Source of the DNA: Trichoplax adhaerens
Lineage: Eukaryota; Animalia; Placozoa
NCBI RefSeq assembly: GCF_000150275.1
Contig: NW_002060947.1
Location: 1,023,642 to 1,087,641, forward strand
Direction: 5' to 3'
DNA length: 64,000 nucleotides
In this document: one piece after another, positions 61,908 through 64,000 of the stretch
Numbering within the stretch: the first letter of the stretch is position 1
How the letters are laid out: every line of letters starts with the position of its first letter
The notes under the pieces: model-generated
What the model was told of the DNA's origin: nothing
The model's database searches: none
Seen by the model: the letters and a program-made list of their open reading frames with translations, nothing else
Made by a program: the position numbers and the translations under genes

Positions 61908-62502
61908 ACATCGCCACCTTTAGTAGCCGACAATTCAATCTCAAAGAGTGGATTGTCATGGCGTCCAACAATTGCCAAGTAATACTGATTGGTCATAGTC
62001 TGCAAGATTTTCCTTAATGCTAAGCTGTCGAATGAAGGAAGGATGAAAGACTACAAGAAGCTCAAGAGCATCCAGTAAATGGATTAATTGCAATCGATGT
62101 CCAATTCTGCCTCTTCCAATATGCTCCTAGGTTGTCTTTTAACTACGAGTCGATCGCATACGGATCGATTACATTTTAGGTCTGTCACGGGTAGTACACT
62201 AAGTCAAGCTATGGATAATCTTGCACCAACAACTTCCCCTAAAACGCTCTCTCCTCCTCTTATACTGTACGCTATATGGTGTTGTATTTAGGGACAAATC
62301 CCTATACAAAGACACTACAGTATTGGAAAGTCCGGCATACCAGTCGGAGGACTAGCAAGGATTTTTGAAATCTTGCATGCAGGTTTGACTTCTTCTCCAT
62401 GCACATTAATGCTCCAATCTTGCAAAATGGGAAAGATTGTCATGATAATACTCTAATTTAAGCGATATACAGTACAAGCAATGTGGAATAGCTTCAGATT
62501 TG

Positions 62503-63417
62503 AATGGATTTCCTTTATTCATGCTACTGGAATGCAATAGACAAGTAAGCAATGTCTGATAGCTTCCCCTTCCAATAGGTTGATTCCCTTTGCTAACCAT
62601 GATGGCAATCAAGCAGGCCTACAAGAAAGGCTTGATAGATTGGCTGCTTGAGATTGAAATAGATTGCCTCTTTTAACTTAGGATGATCTCATTGACACAC
62701 AAGAAATGACTGATACTGTCGCTTTCAATGGATTCCCTTTATTCATGATACTGGAATGCAATAGACAAGTAAGCAATGTCTGATAGCTTCCCCTTCCAAT
62801 AGGTTGATTCCCTTTGCTAACCATGATGGCAATCAAGCAGGCCTACAAGAAAGGCTTGATAGATTGGCTGCTTGAGATTGAAATAGATTGCCTCTTTTAA
62901 CTTAGGATGATCTCATTGACACACAAGAAATGACTGATACTGTCGCTTTCAATGGATTCCCTTTATTCATGATACTGGAATGCAATAGACAAGTAAGCAA
63001 TGTCTGATAGCTTCCCGTTGCAATGGGTTGATTCCCTTTGCTAACCATGATGGCAATCAAGCAGGCCTACAAGAAAGGCTTGATAGATTGGCTGCTTGAG
63101 ATTGAAATAGATTGCTTCTTTTAACTTAGGATGATCTAATTGACACACAAGAAATGACTAATGCTGTCGCTTTCAATGGATTCCCTTTATTCATGATACT
63201 GGAATGCAATAGACAAGTAAGCAATGTCTGATAGCTTCCCGTTGCAATGGGTTGATTCCCTTTGCTAACCATGATGGCAATCAAGCAGGCCTACAAGAAA
63301 GGCTTGATAGATTGACTGCTTGAGATTTAGATAGATTGCTTCTTTTAACTTAGGATGATCTCATTGGCACTCAAGAAATGACTAATGCTGTCGCTTTCAA
63401 TGGATTCCCTTTATTCA
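62503..63417. repeat. 224-bp tandem satellite, 4 full copies plus a partial
   Basis: AATGGATT(C/T)CCTTTATTC recurs at 62503, 62727, 62951, 63175 and 63399. Confidence 0.97.
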
Positions 63418-64000
63418 ATACGAGTAGCAAAAGAGCAAATGAGCGTAAGAGCAAAGCGTAGTACAGCATTTGACCTAGTAAGGCTTATACGAACACGGAA
63501 TCGGATAGCTAAACTATTCGAGGCAGGAAAAGGTGATGGAATGGCATCAGCTCAATTTGGAATATAAGCTCATGGACAACAAGTTGGAGTAGAAGCAATC
63601 CACTTTGACATAGTTTGGCATGTTTTTATTCAGCCCTAGTAACTCTAGGTACCTGCTGCTGAGCTCTTTTTCAATGCAGTTGTTTGTATTTGCTAGCGAT
63701 TGTGATGATAATTAGTTCATATCTCCAGATTAGAGAGTAGGGCATTAGCAGGCGTACGCCGATCCGTCGAGATAAATTACTGTTATTCATATACAAATTA
63801 CTATTGTAAGAGAATCAATAAGTTATTGAAGTTAAGTGCACTCTAGTGCCACATTAGAATTTTTAGTGTCTGCTACCGGGTTACCGCAAACACACTTGGA
63901 TTAGCATATTTCCTTGGTAAGTGATTGCATCATGATTAGCGAAGTTGAAAGCCATAATTGTATCAATTTGATCCTATTATCACAGTAAAGTGAGAGAAAT

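Overview
Eukaryotic (animal) genomic DNA: AT-rich, gene-dense, with many short GT-AG introns. The style and gene content fit a compact early-branching metazoan such as the placozoan Trichoplax, but this is inference and no search was run. I see no prokaryotic features, CRISPR array, rRNA or tRNA. Manual exon assembly gives nine protein genes. (1) A Grainyhead transcription factor (-, 3719-9123), mostly missed by the ORF track. (2) Survivin/BIRC5 (-, intronless CDS). (3) An ankyrin-DHHC palmitoyltransferase (+). (4) A GPI-anchored folate-receptor-family protein (-, intronless CDS). (5) A small ankyrin-only protein (+). (6) NEK1 (-). (7) FRG1 (-). (8) Peroxisomal DHRS4 (+). (9) An adhesion GPCR with a degenerate GPS cleavage site (-), whose 5' end runs into an assembly gap. 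The most striking non-coding signal is three GTAC-rich pentamer/heptamer islands at inferred promoters. Each contains the same 19-bp palindrome TACTGTACA-S-TGTACAGTA, and two share TTGG-N3-CCAATCCTACA. Also notable: a CDE/CHR-like element upstream of survivin, a nested fold-back repeat array filling DHRS4 intron 1, candidate microexons, and a 224-bp satellite after the gap. Exon boundaries were read by eye and need RNA-seq confirmation.
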